Part shown: positions 61,968 to 64,000 of the stretch, piece by piece
Layout of the letters: every line of letters begins with the position of its first letter
How positions within the stretch are numbered: position 1 is the first letter of the stretch
Source: Pseudomonadota bacterium
Lineage (GTDB): Bacteria > Pseudomonadota > Gammaproteobacteria > Burkholderiales > Burkholderiaceae_C
Assembly (NCBI GenBank): GCA_046049865.1
Contig: JBJOQO010000006.1
Coordinates: 521 to 64,520 of the forward strand
Reading direction: 5' to 3'
DNA: 64,000 bases
Position numbers and translations under genes: made by a program
Notes under the pieces: generated by a model
The model's input: only the letters and a program-made list of their open reading frames with translations
The model's database searches: none
Told to the model about the DNA's origin: nothing

Positions 61968-62829
61968 GTTGCTCTACTCCATAGTGATCGTGCCCACGCT
62001 GGGTTTGAAATGTTGGGTGTACTGGGCAACTTAGCCCGCAGTACGGCGTGGCAGAGGATCGAAAAGCCTCTGATTGTAGCCCAAGGGTGGCCAGAAAGGC
62101 TACATCTTGAACCGACAAACGCCCAGCTTCCCGCGCGGCAACGATCAAATCAGGTCGGCGGCGGGCGCTGATTTCCAGGGAACGCTCACGCCGCCAACGC
62201 GCAATGGCCGCGTGGTTGCCCGACAAAAGCACCTCCGGAACGGGCAACTCCTGACCATCCACGGCCCACACTTCTGGGCGGCTGTAATGCGGGCAGTCGA
62301 GCAGACCATCGGAAAAACTGTCTTGTAGGTGGGACTGTGCATCGCCAAGCACACCATCTTGCAGGCGAGCCACGGCATCGATCAAAGCCAAAGCGGGCAG
62401 TTCACCGCCTGACAGAACAAAGTCGCCGAGGCTGAGTTCGATGTCCACATGGCGGTCGAGAAACCGCTGGTCGATGCCTTCATAACGTCCACACAGCAGT
62501 ACCGCGCCAGGGGAGGTGGAGAACTCACGAACCCAGTCTTGGGTGATGGCTTGCCCGGTGGGCGTGAAGTGAACCACTGGGCCGGGAAGGCCGGCACGCG
62601 CTTGGCGGGCCGCCGCCAAGGCCAAAGCCAATGGCTCGGCCATCATCAACATGCCAGGGCCACCGCCGTAAGGTCGGTCGTCCACGCGGCGGTAGTTGTT
62701 TTGTGCGAAATCGCGCAGCGGCCAGAGTTTGACGTCTACCTGGCCGGACTCGAACGCACGGCGGGTGATGCCCTGGGTCAAATGCGGGGCGAATAGCTCA
62801 GGAAACAGGGTGATGACGTCCAAGCGCAT
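61945..62829 (-). CDS. trmD: tRNA (guanine37-N1)-methyltransferase
   Basis: Start re-set to ATG 62829 ([13 protein letters not shown]). ...YEGIDQR..., ...[14 protein letters not shown]... The reading frame continues about 65 aa past RRPDLI and overlaps the rplS start by 23 nt. Confidence 0.9.
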   Translation of the reverse strand: MRLDVITLFPELFAPHLTQGITRRAFESGQVDVKLWPLRDFAQNNYRRVDDRPYGGGPGMLMMAEPLALALAAARQARAGLPGPVVHFTPTGQAITQDWVREFSTSPGAVLLCGRYEGIDQRFLDRHVDIELSLGDFVLSGGELPALALIDAVARLQDGVLGDAQSHLQDSFSDGLLDCPHYSRPEVWAVDGQELPVPEVLLSGNHAAIARWRRERSLEISARRRPDLIVAAREAGRLSVQDVAFLATLGLQSEAFRSSATPYCGLSCPVHPTFQTQRGHDHYGVEQHGFDPNP

Positions 62830-62845
62830 AGGGCCTCGCTCAGAC

Positions 62846-63442
62846 TCAGTAGTCCAAACCCCAGTCGACCGTGATCGTACGTGCGGCCACATTCACATCG
62901 TCCACATAGGCGGCGACGAACGGGATCAAGCGCTCATCGGCTTCAGGCAGTTGCACTTGCAAGACGCTATGGGGACCGGTATCTAACAAACCCGTTACGG
63001 TACCCAGTGATTCGCCTTGGCGATTGCGCACCGCCATGCCGATCAGGTCCATCCAGTAGTACTCATCGGCCTCGGGTGTTGGGAAACTACTGCGCGGAAC
63101 GAACACGCGGCAACCAATCAACGCTTCTGCAGCGTTGCGGTCGGGCACATCGCGCACATGGGCCACCACCACCTCACCATGCGGTTTGGCCTCAACGACC
63201 TTGAGCAAGGAGGGGTAGTTCGTAGAAACAGGGGGCTTGGGCTGACCCAAGCGGCTCTCGGGCGCTTTCAGGAACCAGCGCGTCGTCGAGAACAGGGCCT
63301 GGGGGTCTTTCGCAAAAGGCAGGACTTTGATCCAACCTTTGATACCCCAGGCATCCACGATGCGCCCCACTTCCACCGCATCATCCGGCCAGGCTAGGCC
63401 CTCTTCAAACTGAGCGCCGAGGGCACTCGACGACGGGTTCAC
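62846..63442 (-). CDS. rimM: ribosome maturation factor RimM
   Basis: VEVGRIVDAWGIKGWIKV... plus a PRC barrel. Sits in the rpsP-rimM-trmD-rplS operon order. Confidence 0.92.
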   Translation of the reverse strand: MNPSSSALGAQFEEGLAWPDDAVEVGRIVDAWGIKGWIKVLPFAKDPQALFSTTRWFLKAPESRLGQPKPPVSTNYPSLLKVVEAKPHGEVVVAHVRDVPDRNAAEALIGCRVFVPRSSFPTPEADEYYWMDLIGMAVRNRQGESLGTVTGLLDTGPHSVLQVQLPEADERLIPFVAAYVDDVNVAARTITVDWGLDY

Positions 63443-63484
63443 TGCCTGGCCTTCAAGGACGATTCAATCGAAGCTCGATAAATC

Positions 63485-63733
63485 TCAGGCCTTGGCCTTG
63501 GCTTGTTCAACCAAACGTGCCACGGTAGGCGACAGCTGGGCACCGTTGCTTTTCCAGTATTCGACGCGGTCAAACGCCACACGCAAGGGCTGCTCGGCAC
63601 CGGCGGCGACTGGGTTGTAAAACCCAACGCGCTCGATGAAGCGACCGTCACGGCGCTCGCGGGAGTCGGCCACGACCAGGTTGTAAAAAGGACGCTTCTT
63701 GGCGCCGCCGCGGGAGAGTCGAATCACGACCAT
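63485..63733 (-). CDS. rpsP: 30S ribosomal protein S16
   Basis: Start re-set to ATG 63733. [41 protein letters not shown]. Confidence 0.97.
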   Translation of the reverse strand: MVVIRLSRGGAKKRPFYNLVVADSRERRDGRFIERVGFYNPVAAGAEQPLRVAFDRVEYWKSNGAQLSPTVARLVEQAKAKA

Positions 63734-64000
63734 GATGTTTCCTTCAAATTTGACAAGTCGTCTACCGCACGAGGAGACACCCAAGCAGCGAGCAGAGCAT
63801 GGAGTGAACAAAATGGGGCTTGGAAGCTCGATCAAAACCAAGCTCTAGCACCATGAAGCCACCAGGTTTGGTGTCGTAGATACGCCGCTAGTCAAACTGA
63901 TGCGGGGATAACCCCCCAAACCACATCGAACAAGCGACCGCCACCGAAGCCTCTGATTATAAACTCAGCGCCTGCCATCACGCCAGCCCATCCGTGTGGG

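Overview
High-GC, gene-dense chromosomal segment. Gene content and order look like a betaproteobacterium of the Burkholderiales/Comamonadaceae type; that is inferred from recognisable proteins, not from a search. I call about 60 protein genes. I recognised no rRNA, tRNA, tmRNA, CRISPR array, transposase or integrase. Core blocks, in order: a partial MFS pump; guaB; ratA-rnfH divergent from smpB; metC-rimO; parC-GNAT-parE (topoisomerase IV); dapA-bamC; clpS-clpA divergent from cspD; a patatin-like lipase; dnaE; trhO; a flavodoxin, two pirins and a LysR regulator; gluQ; an FKBP, a transglutaminase-like protein and lrgAB; a DEAD-box helicase; orn; a complete five-step histidine-utilisation regulon (hutU-hutH divergent from hutC-D-I-G-F) with a recognisable HutC operator; an M48 peptidase; a pterin dehydratase; rsgA; and rpsP-rimM-trmD-rplS. 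The ORF track takes the longest ATG/GTG/TTG ORF, so I re-set many starts, and the high GC produces many long antisense ORFs that I rejected. Set into this core are several short segments that look A/T-richer by eye and carry no mobility genes. (1) About 1.1 kb sits in the rimO leader, bracketed by perfect 20-bp direct repeats, with a decayed second rimO 5' end and one membrane-anchored coiled-coil orphan as cargo. (2) A glycosyltransferase-90-like gene and an SPFH lipoprotein lie next to a translationally coupled DUF2339/DUF3999 envelope operon. (3) A small orphan has a PD-(D/E)xK nuclease-like motif. (4) A 298-aa orphan carries an RNxxxH (HEPN-like) motif between a DUF3422 gene and orn. There is also a HigB/HigA-type toxin-antitoxin pair beside smpB, and three copies of a nested palindromic REP-like element. 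I found no multi-gene system that I can name as a known defence or mobile system. The candidates above are the parts of the window I cannot explain. All family names come from motif recognition and need profile searches to confirm.
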